This document shows positions 9,539 through 19,698 of a DNA stretch of 48,908 nucleotides, one piece after another. Within the stretch, counting starts at the first letter, position 1, and the number at the start of each line of letters is the position of its first letter. Source of the DNA: Roseomonas sp. (GTDB lineage: Bacteria; Pseudomonadota; Alphaproteobacteria; Acetobacterales; Acetobacteraceae); the NCBI GenBank assembly GCA_964263755.1, contig CAXVWQ010000507.1:1-48908 (forward strand). The letters run 5' to 3'. The translations under genes and the position numbers were made by a program. Below the pieces are notes generated by a model. The model worked only from the letters and a program-made list of their open reading frames with translations. It was not told the origin of the DNA and did no database searches.

Positions 9539-10552
9539 GTGGCGGCCGTGAACCGCTGGCCGATCGGTCGCACCCGCGCCGCGTCGCGCCGGGCCGTGCT
9601 CTCGGGGGCGGGCCTGCTGGCCTCGCCCTCGCTGTTGCCGCGCGCGGCATCGGGTCAGGTCGCCTGGCCCAGCCGTACCGTCACCATCGTCGTGCCTTTC
9701 CCGCCCGGGGGCACGCTCGACACGCTGGCCCGGTCGGTCGCGGAGAGGCTGCGGGAGTCCCTCGGCCAGCCGGTGGTCGTGGACAACCGCGCCGGCGCCG
9801 CAGGGAATATCGGGGCTGGCTACGTGGCGCGCTCCCAGCCGGACGGTCATACGCTGCTCTGCGCGCCGCAGCTGACCTTCAACGCCGACCTCCTCCATCC
9901 GAACCTGCCCTTCGATCCCCGTGCGTTCGAGCCGGTCAGCGTGCTCGCGACCTACCCGAACGTGATCGTCGGTCGGCAGGACCTGCCCTTCGCCACGGTG
10001 CCGGCGTTGCTGGAGCGCGCGCGGGCGCAGCCGGAGACGCTCACCTACGGCTCGCAAGGTAACGGCCAGATCGCCCACCTCACCTTCGCGATGCTCGAGA
10101 TGATGGCCGGCGTGCGGATGACGCACGTCCCGTACCGCGGCAGCGCGCCGCTCCTCACCGCCCTGTTGTCGGGCGAGGTCGACCTCAGCACCGACAACCT
10201 GCTGACGATGAACGCCCATGTCGCTGCGGGACGGCTGAGGCTTCTCGCCGTCACCGGACGGGAACGGCTCGCCTCCTACCCGGACGTCCCGGCGATGGGC
10301 GAGTTCGTGCCGGGGTTCGTCTCCGATACATGGACCGCGATCGGCGCCCCGCCCCGCACGCCGCCCGGGATCCGGGAGCGCCTCGCCGTGGCCATCGACC
10401 GCGCCGTGCGGACGCCGGAGTTCCGCGACAAGCTGGCGGACGTGCAGGCCGAGCCCTTCGGCGGAACGCCGGAGGCGATGCGCGCCCTCGTGCGGGAGAG
10501 CCGGGAGCGTTGGGCGCCGGTCATCCGCACCGCAAGCATCCGGATGGATTAG
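9539..10552 (+). CDS. Bug/TctC substrate-binding protein
   Basis: WPSRTVTIVVPFPPGGTLD, VVDNRAGAAGNIG, HVPYRGSAP; SRRAVL leader. Confidence 0.92.
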   Translation: MAAVNRWPIGRTRAASRRAVLSGAGLLASPSLLPRAASGQVAWPSRTVTIVVPFPPGGTLDTLARSVAERLRESLGQPVVVDNRAGAAGNIGAGYVARSQPDGHTLLCAPQLTFNADLLHPNLPFDPRAFEPVSVLATYPNVIVGRQDLPFATVPALLERARAQPETLTYGSQGNGQIAHLTFAMLEMMAGVRMTHVPYRGSAPLLTALLSGEVDLSTDNLLTMNAHVAAGRLRLLAVTGRERLASYPDVPAMGEFVPGFVSDTWTAIGAPPRTPPGIRERLAVAIDRAVRTPEFRDKLADVQAEPFGGTPEAMRALVRESRERWAPVIRTASIRMD

Positions 10553-10581
10553 GGCGGGTGCCGAACGACGCGGGAACGACG

Positions 10582-11622
10582 ATGCGGGCGATGGTGCTGC
10601 GGCGCTTCGGCCCGCCCGAGGTCTTGTGCCCGGAGGACGTGCCGACGCCGCAGCCCGGCCCGGGCGAGGTTCTGGTGGGGGTTCACGCCGTGTCGGTGAA
10701 CCGCACGCTCGACCTGGCCGTGCGCGCCGGCACCTATGCGCGTCAGCCACGCCTGCCCCATGTGCTCGGCAGCGACCCGACCGGCATCGTTGCCGCGGTT
10801 GGGCCCGGGGTGGAGGACCGCCGGATCGGGGATGCCGTGGTGACCATGCCGGCCCTTCGCCCTGCCGTCGGGGGTCAGCCGCCTGTCCTGCTCGGCGTTG
10901 ATCACTGGGGAGGCTACGCGGATTACGTCTGCCTGCCCGCCGCGGCCACGCGCCCGATGCCGGACGGGCTGGACTTCGCGACCGCGACGGTGGTCGCCCG
11001 GCACGCGCCGCTCGCCTTCGGGCTGCTGCGGGACGCGGCGCGGCTGCAACCCGGCGAATGGGTGCTGGTCATGGGTGCGGCCGGCGGTCTGGGGGCCGCC
11101 GGGGTGCAGGTGGCCCGGATTCTCGGCGCCCGGGTCATCGCCGCCGCCGGCGCGCCCGCGCGGGTGGAGGCGGCCATCCGCCTCGGCGCCGAGCACGGCA
11201 TTGACTACCGTCGGGAGGACCTGACCGCGCGGGTGCGGGAGATCACCGGCGGTCACGGGGCGGACGTGGTGTTCGAGAACATCGCCGACCCCGTGCTCTT
11301 CCCCCGCGCCTTCGCGGGGCTCGGGCGCAACGGCCGTCTGGTCACCGCGGGCGCGCATGGCGGCGGCACCGTGCCGCTCGACGTGCAGCACCTCTACCTC
11401 AACCGGATCACCGTCATCGGCTCGACCGCCATGCGGCCGGAGGATGTGGATCTTTCGCTGCGGGAAGCCGCCGCAGGGCGCTACCGCGTGGTGATCGACC
11501 GCGTCATGCCGCTGGAACAGGCGCCCGAGGCGCACCGGCTCCTCGCGGAGCGCGGGGATTTCGGCAAGGTGCTGCTGCAACCGGCGGTGGCCAGGGCTTG
11601 GCAGGAGAGGACCGGAGCGTGA
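10582..11622 (+). CDS. MDR-superfamily oxidoreductase (quinone oxidoreductase-like)
   Basis: MRAMVLRRFGPPEVL, VPTPQPGPGEVLV, LPHVLGSD, VLVMGAAGGLG, FGKVLL; no structural-Zn Cys cluster. Confidence 0.88.
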   Translation: MRAMVLRRFGPPEVLCPEDVPTPQPGPGEVLVGVHAVSVNRTLDLAVRAGTYARQPRLPHVLGSDPTGIVAAVGPGVEDRRIGDAVVTMPALRPAVGGQPPVLLGVDHWGGYADYVCLPAAATRPMPDGLDFATATVVARHAPLAFGLLRDAARLQPGEWVLVMGAAGGLGAAGVQVARILGARVIAAAGAPARVEAAIRLGAEHGIDYRREDLTARVREITGGHGADVVFENIADPVLFPRAFAGLGRNGRLVTAGAHGGGTVPLDVQHLYLNRITVIGSTAMRPEDVDLSLREAAAGRYRVVIDRVMPLEQAPEAHRLLAERGDFGKVLLQPAVARAWQERTGA

Positions 11623-12557
11623 CCCAGGACGCGGCGAGAACGAGCTATGCCCTGCTCAGTTACGAGGCGGGGTCGGGCGCGCGGGCCGGAATGCTCGTGG
11701 ACGGACGGATCCACGACATCGCCGCCGCCACGGGCCGGGCGGAGGACGCGACGATGTCCGGCCTGCTCGCCGACTGGGATGCGGCGCGGGCGCGGCTGGC
11801 GCGGCTTCGCGGCGCCCTGCCGCAGGGCGGCACGCCGCTGGGAGAGGTGCGCCTGCTGGCGCCGCTGCCGCTGCCCGGCACCGTTTTCTGTGCCGGCGCC
11901 AACTACGCCGACCACGTGCGGGAGATGGCGCACCTGCGCGGGAAGGAGCCGGACCCCGATCCGCGCAGCCTCGGCCTCAGTTCCTGGCATTTCATCAAGT
12001 CCTCCCGCGCCGTCGTCGGACCCGGCGTGACCGTCACCCTCCCGCCGGCGTCGCGGAAGGTGGACTGGGAGGCGGAGCTGGCCGTCGTCATCGGGCGCCG
12101 CGCCAGGAACGTGTCGGTGGCCGAGGCGCTCGACGCGGTCGCCGGCTGTACGATCGCGAACGATCTCTCCGCCCGCGACCTCGGCCCTCGCGCGGGCATT
12201 TCGGAGGGCTCGCCTTTCAAGTACGACTGGCTGGCGCACAAGAGCTTCGACGGCTCCTGCCCGATGGGTCCCTACATCGTCCCGGCGGAGGCGATCCCGG
12301 ACCCGCAGGCTCTCCGCATCTCCCTCTCGGTGAACGGCGTCCAGAAGCAGGACTCCAATACGCGGGAGATGATCTTCGGCGTGGCGGAGCAGATCGCCGA
12401 CCTCTCGAACCGGCTGACCTTGTGGCCCGGCGATGTCGTGCTGACCGGCACCCCGGCCGGGGTGGGCAGCGCGCGCGGCGAGTTCCTCCAGCCGGGCGAC
12501 GAGGTCCTCGTCGCCATCGAGGGGATCGGCGAGCTGCGCAACCGCATGGCCTCCTGA
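11619..12557 (+). CDS. Fumarylacetoacetate hydrolase family protein
   Basis: CAGANYADH, VDWEAELAVVIG, ANDLSARD, KSFDGSCPMGP, LTGTPAGVG; GTGA overlap with the upstream gene. Confidence 0.92.
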   Translation: MTQDAARTSYALLSYEAGSGARAGMLVDGRIHDIAAATGRAEDATMSGLLADWDAARARLARLRGALPQGGTPLGEVRLLAPLPLPGTVFCAGANYADHVREMAHLRGKEPDPDPRSLGLSSWHFIKSSRAVVGPGVTVTLPPASRKVDWEAELAVVIGRRARNVSVAEALDAVAGCTIANDLSARDLGPRAGISEGSPFKYDWLAHKSFDGSCPMGPYIVPAEAIPDPQALRISLSVNGVQKQDSNTREMIFGVAEQIADLSNRLTLWPGDVVLTGTPAGVGSARGEFLQPGDEVLVAIEGIGELRNRMAS

Positions 12558-12606
12558 TGGGCCGAGGCGCCTCTCGTCCCTTCCCGATCCGCAGCAAGGG
12601 GTTCCG

Positions 12607-13497
12607 ATGATCCGTGTGAGCAAGATCGGCCACGTCGCGCTGACCACCCCCGATCTCGAACGCCAGGTCGAGCACTATGCCGGGCTGATCGGCCTCTCCG
12701 TGGTCACGCGGGACGGAGGCACGGCCTTCCTGGCCTGCCCGCAGGACCACCACTCCGTCGTGCTCCGGCGCGGCGAGGCGGCGGGATGCGCGGCGCTGGG
12801 CCTGCAGGTGCCGCGCGGGACGGAACTGCGGGACTTCGCGCGCCAGCTCGCGGGGCACGGCGTGGCGACGGAACACCGGTCCGACACGGGCCCCGACCTG
12901 CCGGCGGTCGTCACCTTCGATTCTCCCGACGGACAGCGGGTCGAGGTCTACGAGGAGCGCGAGCCCTCCCGGGGCCAGCGGAGCGACGGCGCCATCGTGC
13001 CGCTGAAGCTGGGCCACGCCGCATTCCGCGTGACCGACCCCCAGCGCACCGTCGCCTTCCTCAGCGAAGCGCTGGGCTTCCGCGTCTCGGACTGGATGGG
13101 GGACTTCTTCGCCTTCCTGCGGTGCGGGCCGGACCATCACAGCGTCAACTTCATCCGCAGCCCGGCGGCGCGCATCCACCACTTGGCGATGGAGCTGCGG
13201 GACTGGGCGCACGTGAAGGACGCCTGCGACGCGCTCGGCGCGCGGCGCGTCCCACTGATCTGGGGCCCGGGGCGGCACACGGTAGGGCACAACATCTACA
13301 CCTACCACCTCGACACCGACTCCCAGATCGTGGAACTCTATACGGAACTGGACCGGATGAGTGACGAGGCCGCCGGCCATTGGGACCCGCGCCCGTGGCA
13401 TCACGGGATGCTCCTTCGCCCGCGGCGCTGGGAAATGGACCCCTTCTTGTCCAACGCCTGGGGCATCCCGACGCCGCAGGGCTTCCGGGACGCGTGA
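12607..13497 (+). CDS. Two-domain VOC protein, extradiol dioxygenase-like; paralog of 7287-8180
   Basis: KIGHVAL, KLGHAAF, DHHS, IHHLAM, GPGRHTVGHNIYTY, VELYTELD. Confidence 0.85.
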   Translation: MIRVSKIGHVALTTPDLERQVEHYAGLIGLSVVTRDGGTAFLACPQDHHSVVLRRGEAAGCAALGLQVPRGTELRDFARQLAGHGVATEHRSDTGPDLPAVVTFDSPDGQRVEVYEEREPSRGQRSDGAIVPLKLGHAAFRVTDPQRTVAFLSEALGFRVSDWMGDFFAFLRCGPDHHSVNFIRSPAARIHHLAMELRDWAHVKDACDALGARRVPLIWGPGRHTVGHNIYTYHLDTDSQIVELYTELDRMSDEAAGHWDPRPWHHGMLLRPRRWEMDPFLSNAWGIPTPQGFRDA

Positions 13498-13716
13498 GGG
13501 CGGCCCGCCGATGCCGCTTCCCGCGATCCTCGACAGGGCGACGCTCCCAGACTTCCCGTGTCTTGTCTCCCAGCGGCTCTGGCGCACGAACACGGGCGAG
13601 GTGGCGTGCCGCTATTCGGGTCGCCGACCAGGCGACGCGTTGCGCTCGGGGTATGCCGAACCATGAAGTTGAAGTTGCCCCCGTCGGTGATGCTGGCGAA
13701 GTCGTCAGGCGTGCGC

Positions 13717-13960
13717 GCGCTTCGTCTACGGGGACCGCATCGTCGTTGCGGAGGGGCGCGGGCAAGGCCATGCGCGAGGGCTCTACGCCGACCTGAGCGG
13801 CCGCGCGCTCGCAACCGGCCACGACCTCCTCATCTGCGAGGTGAACCTGGAACCGCCGAACGCGGCGTAGGACGCCTTCCACGCCGCACTCGGCCTCGCG
13901 GAGGTGGGCGTCGCGGCGATCCACGGCCGCGCGAAGACGGTCCGATATCCCGCCAGCTCA
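13717..13960 (+). pseudogene. GNAT acetyltransferase (COG3818-like) remnant
   Basis: Manual translation RFVYGDRIVVAEGRGQGHARGLYADL...GHDLLICEVNLEPPNAA*DAFHAALGLAEVGVAAIHGRAKTVRY; in-frame TAG near 13868 and 5' part missing. Confidence 0.7.
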
Positions 13961-14473
13961 CTTGCCTCCCGGGAGGCCGCCCGGTGACCGTGTCCGTGCC
14001 CAGATCCACAATCTACCACTCGCCTTCTATCTCGGGACGGCGCTGCTGCGGCGCGCCCTCGCCGGCGTGCCGGGCACGAGACTGGTTCGGCGGCCGATCT
14101 TCGTGCCCCGCGCGGGCGGCTTGCTGGTTGCCGAGATGCTCGGCGGGCGGGCGAACTGCAACGCCGACTCCTGCGACCGCGAGGGCTGCCACCGTTGGGC
14201 AGAGCGGCACGGCATCCCGTTCCGCCCACCGTCGCCCGGGGTTCTCGCCGCGCGCGGCACATTGGGCGCGCTCGCCACGGGCACCAGGAGGATTTGCCTG
14301 CGCGGGCCCACTACGCCGCCGATGACGACGAGCGCGACGTTCTGCACGACCGGCATCCGGACGGCGCGGCCGCGCAACCCGGTCGGTTCCCGCCGCCATG
14401 CACGCCGATCGATCGCTCTGAGCAAGCCGGTCGTTACGTGGGGCCGGCAGATTCGGGGGGAGCCAAGGTCACA

Positions 14474-15454
14474 TCAGTTCGGCTCGATGCCGGCCTCGCG
14501 GATCACGCCGGCCCAGTAAGGGATCTCCCGCGCCAGCCGATCGCGCAACCGGTGACGCGGTCCGCCGACCGGCGTCATACCGAAGGTCGCGAGGTGCGCG
14601 CCGATTTCGGGAGTGGCAAGCGCCTCGTCCAGCCGGGCATTCAACGCGTCCAGCAGCGCCGCCGGCGTGCCGGCGGGTGCGGCCAGCCCCTGCCAGTCGG
14701 CCACCACGAAGTCGCGCACCCCCGCCTCGGCGAACGTCGGGACATCGGGCGCGTAAGGCAATCGCTCCCGCGACGCGCTCGCGAGGACGACGACGCGGCC
14801 GTCGCGGGCCGCATTCACCGCCGTCGGCACGGGAACGAGAATCGCTTCGACGCGGCCGCCAATGAGGTCCGGAATGGCCTCGCCGCTGGAGCGATAGGGA
14901 ACGTGGATCGCCTCGAACCCTGCGCGCTTGCGGAGGATCTCCATCCCGAGATGAAGTGGCGTACCGACACCTCCACTGGCGTAACGGAGAGTGCCCGTGC
15001 GTCGCGCACGTTCCAGAAACTCTGACAGCGTCCGCCCGGCGGCCGGGTGCACGACGAGCGCGAAGCCAACCTCGGCGGCCACGATCAAGGGCTCGAAACT
15101 CGTGAGCGGATCGTAGCCGAGGCTGCGGAAGAGGGAGACGTTCGTCGCCATCGCGCTCCCGACGAGGAGAAGCGTCTCTCCGTCCGGGGTCGCCCGCGCG
15201 ACCGCGAGGTTGCCGATGTTGCCCGAGGCACCGAGCCGGTTCTCGACGACCGCGGGGACCCCGACGCGGCGGGAGAGGATGTCAGTAAGGGTGCGGGCAA
15301 CGAAATCCGGCGCCGTACCAGGCCCATACGGCGCAACGATCGTGGTTCGCCGTGGAAGTGTCTCGGTCTGGGCGGCCGCCCGCCCTCCCGCGAGGAACGC
15401 GACGGTTCCTCCGGACGCGAGGCGCCGGGTCATCGGCATCGGTCCGCCCATCAT
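14474..15454 (-). CDS. Bug/TctC substrate-binding protein
   Basis: IVAPYGPGTAPD, VVENRLGASGNIG, HVPYRSSGEA, PDVPTFAEAG; start uncertain (15454/15439). Confidence 0.9.
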   Translation of the reverse strand: MMGGPMPMTRRLASGGTVAFLAGGRAAAQTETLPRRTTIVAPYGPGTAPDFVARTLTDILSRRVGVPAVVENRLGASGNIGNLAVARATPDGETLLLVGSAMATNVSLFRSLGYDPLTSFEPLIVAAEVGFALVVHPAAGRTLSEFLERARRTGTLRYASGGVGTPLHLGMEILRKRAGFEAIHVPYRSSGEAIPDLIGGRVEAILVPVPTAVNAARDGRVVVLASASRERLPYAPDVPTFAEAGVRDFVVADWQGLAAPAGTPAALLDALNARLDEALATPEIGAHLATFGMTPVGGPRHRLRDRLAREIPYWAGVIREAGIEPN

Positions 15455-15853
15455 CCGACCCACCTCTGCCCCCTCTTCGATCTGCGGCGCGACAGGGCTT
15501 TCCCGTAGCGCCCTGGATGTTCGTCGGGGTCTCCACCGCACGGGCCCAGAAGGAGATAGCGCGCCGCCGCCGCGTCGGCGTCAAGCCGAAATGCGGCGAG
15601 CCGCGACCTCGGCGCCGGCATTCCGCGAGCACGCAACTCGGCGGGCGGTGATGCGCGTCATGCCCCGCGAACGAGGCCCCTCCCCTCGCCACGCGATGGA
15701 GCAGCGGACAGGCCGAGGGACCGGTGAACACGCGAAAGCAGCTCCGACGGCAGATGTTGGATCGGGCCAGCTTCGACCTGCTCCTCGCCACCTGATCCAT
15801 GCGAAACCCGGAAGAACCACGGAACTGGGCCGACTCCCGTTCCGGAAGGCGGT

Positions 15854-16855
15854 CTAGGCTGGGTCGATTCCGGCTTGGCGGATGACCTCGGCCCAGTAGG
15901 GAATGTCACGTGACAGCCGGTCGCGCAGGTTCTGGCGTGGGCCGCCGGACACCGTCAAGCCGAAGGACGCGAGATGTGCGACGATGTCCGGCGAGCGAAA
16001 CGCTTCGTCCAGGCTTCCGTTCAGCATGTCCAGCAGGGCGGGAGACGTTCCTCTGGGAGCACACAACCCTTGCCAGTCAGTCACCACGAGATCCGGCACT
16101 CCCACCTCCGCGAAGGTCGGGATATCCGGAGCGTAGGGTAGCCGCTCCCTGGCGGCGCTCGCGAGGACGACCAGGGTGCCGTCGCGAGCGGCATTCACCG
16201 CCGTCGCGACGGGAGCGATCATAGCGTCCACGCGGCCGGTGCTGAGGTCGGGTATCGCCGCGCCACTGGAGCGGTACGGGACGTGCACGGCCTCGAACGC
16301 GGCACGCCTGCGGAGAAGTTCCATTCCGAGATGGTGGGCGGTGCCGACGCCGGTGCTTGCGTAACGCATCGACCCCGTCCGACGCGCGCGCTCGAGAAAC
16401 TCCGAGGCGGTCCGACCGGCCGCCGGATTGACGACGAGGACGAAGCCGAGCTCGGTCGCGTCGAACACGGGCTCGAAGCTTACCAGCGGATCATAGCCGA
16501 GATTGCTGAACAAGGAGACGCTCGTCGCGAGCGGACACGCGGCGAGGAGAAGGGTTTCTCCGTCCGGTGCCGCACGGGCGACGGAGAGATTGCCGATGTT
16601 GCCGGACGCGCCGAGCCGGTTCATCACCACGGTCGAGATGCCGAGGCGGCGCGACAAGATGTCCGAGAGCGTGCGGGCGACGACGTCCGGCGCCGAACCG
16701 GCCCCGTACGGCGTGACGATCGTGATGCGGCGAGGAAGCGTCGCAGCGGGCGCCTGAGCGCGGGCCTGGGCCGTCAGCAGCGCTAAGGACGACCCGGCCA
16801 AGACGCGGCGCCGCCTGACCAAGGGGGCATCGATCTCGGCTGCATGTCTCATCAT
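15854..16855 (-). CDS. Bug/TctC substrate-binding protein, tandem paralog of 14474-15454
   Basis: IVTPYGAGSAPD, NRLGASGNIG, HVPYRSSGAA; AAGGAGG RBS. Confidence 0.9.
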   Translation of the reverse strand: MMRHAAEIDAPLVRRRRVLAGSSLALLTAQARAQAPAATLPRRITIVTPYGAGSAPDVVARTLSDILSRRLGISTVVMNRLGASGNIGNLSVARAAPDGETLLLAACPLATSVSLFSNLGYDPLVSFEPVFDATELGFVLVVNPAAGRTASEFLERARRTGSMRYASTGVGTAHHLGMELLRRRAAFEAVHVPYRSSGAAIPDLSTGRVDAMIAPVATAVNAARDGTLVVLASAARERLPYAPDIPTFAEVGVPDLVVTDWQGLCAPRGTSPALLDMLNGSLDEAFRSPDIVAHLASFGLTVSGGPRQNLRDRLSRDIPYWAEVIRQAGIDPA

Positions 16856-17026
16856 TGTTCCTCCTTGAGCACGATTGCTGCTGTGCCTCGCTCGACGCGA
16901 CCCGAGGAGATCCGTCCGGTGGGTGCGGCAGAGGCTCACTCGGCGCTGACCAGCGTCCGCCCCGAGGCGCGGGGGAGCGTCTTGCAAGAAGGTTCGGCCC
17001 CGGTTTGACGGATGGTCGTCATGTCC

Positions 17027-18178
17027 TCAAGCCCAGATTGCCTGGAACAGGGCTTCGATATCGTCCACCGTGGCGATAGCCGGGTTGTTGCTCGCGGTGC
17101 CGGATCGCGGTGCCGCCCTGGCCATGGCAGGGATCGCGGCATCATAGGCCGCCCGGTCCACGCCCCGGCCCGACAACGTCGGGAAAGCCAGCGTCTCGAT
17201 CAGCCGATCCAGCCACGACGAGAAGGCCGATGCGGCCACCGCGTCGTCCGAATCGGCACAAATGCAGAGGAGTCGTGAAACCCGAGCATACGGACCGGGA
17301 ACCCTACCGACGGAAAAGCGGGTCACCGCGGGAAGCAAACGCCCGATGGTGAAGCCGTGGGTGAGGTGAAAGATGCCGCCGAGCGGCACGCTCATCGCGT
17401 GCGACAATCCCAGGCCCGAGTTGGTAAACGACGTGCCTGCCAAGAACGAGCCGAGCATCATGTCCGCTCGCGCCTGCTCGTCCGAAGGATTGTCCGCGAG
17501 GACTGGCAAAGCCCGAGCGATGAGGGGAAGTGCCCTACCGGCATAAAGGTCCGAGATGACATTCGCACCACGCCCGACGTAAGCCTCCAGGGCGTGGGTG
17601 AAGGCATCGATGCCGGTTTCGGCGGTGACCCGGGCGGGGACTGAGAGCGTCAGCGTGTAATCAACGACGGCAGCGACCGGCATGAAGGCTTCGCCGACGC
17701 AGACCATCTTATCGCCCGTCTCGCTATCGGTAATCAGGCAAGCCTGCGTGGCTTCCGAGCCGGTGCCCGCCGTGGTCGGTATAGCGACCATAGGCAGGCC
17801 TGCCCGCATCACGCGGTGCGGCGCGCGCAGGTCGTTCAGCCTCACGTCATGGACGGACAGCAGGGCAACCGCCTTCGCGGTGTCGATCGCGCTGCCACCC
17901 CCCATCCCGATAATCACGTCGGCGAAGCACGCCTTGGCGAGGCGCACGGCCTCCTCTGCCGACCCGGTCGTGGGATCGGGCACGACGCCGAAGAAGGCGT
18001 TGTCGCCACCCGCCGCTCCCACCGCCGCACGGATCCGCGCGAGCACCTCGGTATCCCGAAAATGCGGATCAACGACGAAGAACGGCCGGGTCTTACCCAA
18101 GAGGCTCAGAAGCTCGGGAAGCTGCAACACCGCGTTCGGGCCGATGCGCACGAGGGACGGCGCGTTGAAGGCGATCAT
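17027..18178 (-). CDS. Iron-containing (group III) alcohol dehydrogenase
   Basis: GGGSAIDTAKAV, AIPTTAGTGSEAT, GIDAFTHALEAY, GLSHAMS, HLTHG. Confidence 0.92.
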   Translation of the reverse strand: MIAFNAPSLVRIGPNAVLQLPELLSLLGKTRPFFVVDPHFRDTEVLARIRAAVGAAGGDNAFFGVVPDPTTGSAEEAVRLAKACFADVIIGMGGGSAIDTAKAVALLSVHDVRLNDLRAPHRVMRAGLPMVAIPTTAGTGSEATQACLITDSETGDKMVCVGEAFMPVAAVVDYTLTLSVPARVTAETGIDAFTHALEAYVGRGANVISDLYAGRALPLIARALPVLADNPSDEQARADMMLGSFLAGTSFTNSGLGLSHAMSVPLGGIFHLTHGFTIGRLLPAVTRFSVGRVPGPYARVSRLLCICADSDDAVAASAFSSWLDRLIETLAFPTLSGRGVDRAAYDAAIPAMARAAPRSGTASNNPAIATVDDIEALFQAIWA

Positions 18179-18626
18179 CTCAGGCCTTTCACGGACAAGG
18201 CATCGTGGGAACCAGCCGATTGCCCGGTGCTGATGAGCGAGGCTGGTGGTGAATGCCGAATCGTAGAAGAACTTGCTGACATCTGGCCGGTGGTCGCTTC
18301 GACCTCGCCGGCCACGTTCGCCGCGCGGTCTGCATCATCAAACCTGACGATGGCCATTCCCCCCCGGCCAAGCTCTGGTGCTGAGGGAGAAGGCATCCGT
18401 CGAGCTGTCCGAGGCCGCGGGGTTCCCCTCGCCGGCGCTCGACAACCCGCGCTCACGCCGGACGGAACTTTCGACCCGTTCACCCAGATCGTCGCTGATC
18501 TCCATCCGTGCATTATCGTATCCTTGCATTCAAACAACAGGCATGCGTGCCAAGGATCGCTCCGCGCCGAAATGCTTCGTTCTGCAAGGCAAGCAGGCGC
18601 AGCCTCGGCAGAGACGCGGAATACAA

Positions 18627-19514
18627 TCAGAACATCCGTGGCGCCTGTTCCGCGGCCTCCCTAACGGTGAGGGTCATGTCGCCGACCCGCTCGATCGCGA
18701 TGCGCACCGTGTCGGCGGGCTTGAGCGGGCCGACGCCCTCCGGCGTGCCCGACGCGATAATGTCCCCGGGCCGCAGTGTCATGACGGAGGAGACCAACTC
18801 GATGAGCCCGGCAACGTCGACCGTCATGTCCCGCGTGTTCGCGTCCTGTCGAAGCTCGCCGTTGACCCACAGCCGATTGCTCAGGCTTTGCGGGTCGGGA
18901 ATCTCGTCCGCGGTTACGATCCAGGGACCAAAGGGCGTGAAGGTGTCGAAGGACTTGCGCGTGACCCGCTCCTCGGCGGGACGTCCGGGTTCCAGGCGCA
19001 TGCTCACATCGATCAGGCAGGCGTAACCGAACACGTGGGCGAGGGCGTCCTGCCGCCGGACGTTCCGTGCGGTCCGCCCGACGACGACCGCAAGCTCGGA
19101 TTCGTGGTCGAAACGGCGGGTCGAGCCGCGCGGCAGCTCGATCCCGCGGTCAGGGCCGGCGATGGACGACGTGGATTTCAGGAAGAACCCGATCTCGTTA
19201 GGGGACTGACCGGCCTTGACGACGCCGCGCTCCCCGAGCTCGCCGACGTGCTTCCGGTAGTTTGCTGGTGCGGCGACGATGTTGCCAGTGAAGGGCATTG
19301 GCGCGCGCAGCGTCACGGAGGCGATTGGCCGGGGCGTCGCGCTGCGGCGGGCCTCTATCAGCTTCGGTGCCACACGGTCCCAGTCGGCGATCAGCCGCGT
19401 CATGTAAACGGGCGGCCAAGCGTCCGAGACGCCGGGGACGGCCTCGGTGACGTCGTAGAGGTCGTCGCCCTCCACCAGACCGACCCGATGATCGTTGAAC
19501 ACCGCAAGCTTCAT
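18627..19514 (-). CDS. Fumarylacetoacetate hydrolase family protein (candidate fumarylpyruvate/acylpyruvate hydrolase)
   Basis: APANYRKH, FDHESELAVVVG, KSFDTFTPFGPW, IASGTPEGVG; divergent from the cupin dioxygenase. Confidence 0.9.
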   Translation of the reverse strand: MKLAVFNDHRVGLVEGDDLYDVTEAVPGVSDAWPPVYMTRLIADWDRVAPKLIEARRSATPRPIASVTLRAPMPFTGNIVAAPANYRKHVGELGERGVVKAGQSPNEIGFFLKSTSSIAGPDRGIELPRGSTRRFDHESELAVVVGRTARNVRRQDALAHVFGYACLIDVSMRLEPGRPAEERVTRKSFDTFTPFGPWIVTADEIPDPQSLSNRLWVNGELRQDANTRDMTVDVAGLIELVSSVMTLRPGDIIASGTPEGVGPLKPADTVRIAIERVGDMTLTVREAAEQAPRMF

Positions 19515-19698
19515 GACGCTTCCTCGCTGCGACCCGGCCGGCGACGGGACGTGCCACCGGCGATCACGAAGCCATTTACAACGATCTGGCGAGATGGCTA
19601 CGATGATTTCGCGCAGCAGGTGGGATATTCGTTCTGCGAGATTGCAATTGTGGTCTGCGCGCCGGGTCTGCGCGCTCGGCCCGAAAGGAGAAACCGGG

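Noticed and set aside
18175-18540. Possible aldehyde dehydrogenase remnant upstream of the Fe-ADH (MAIVRFDDADRAA)
   Set aside because: Similarity rests on about ten residues; too weak.
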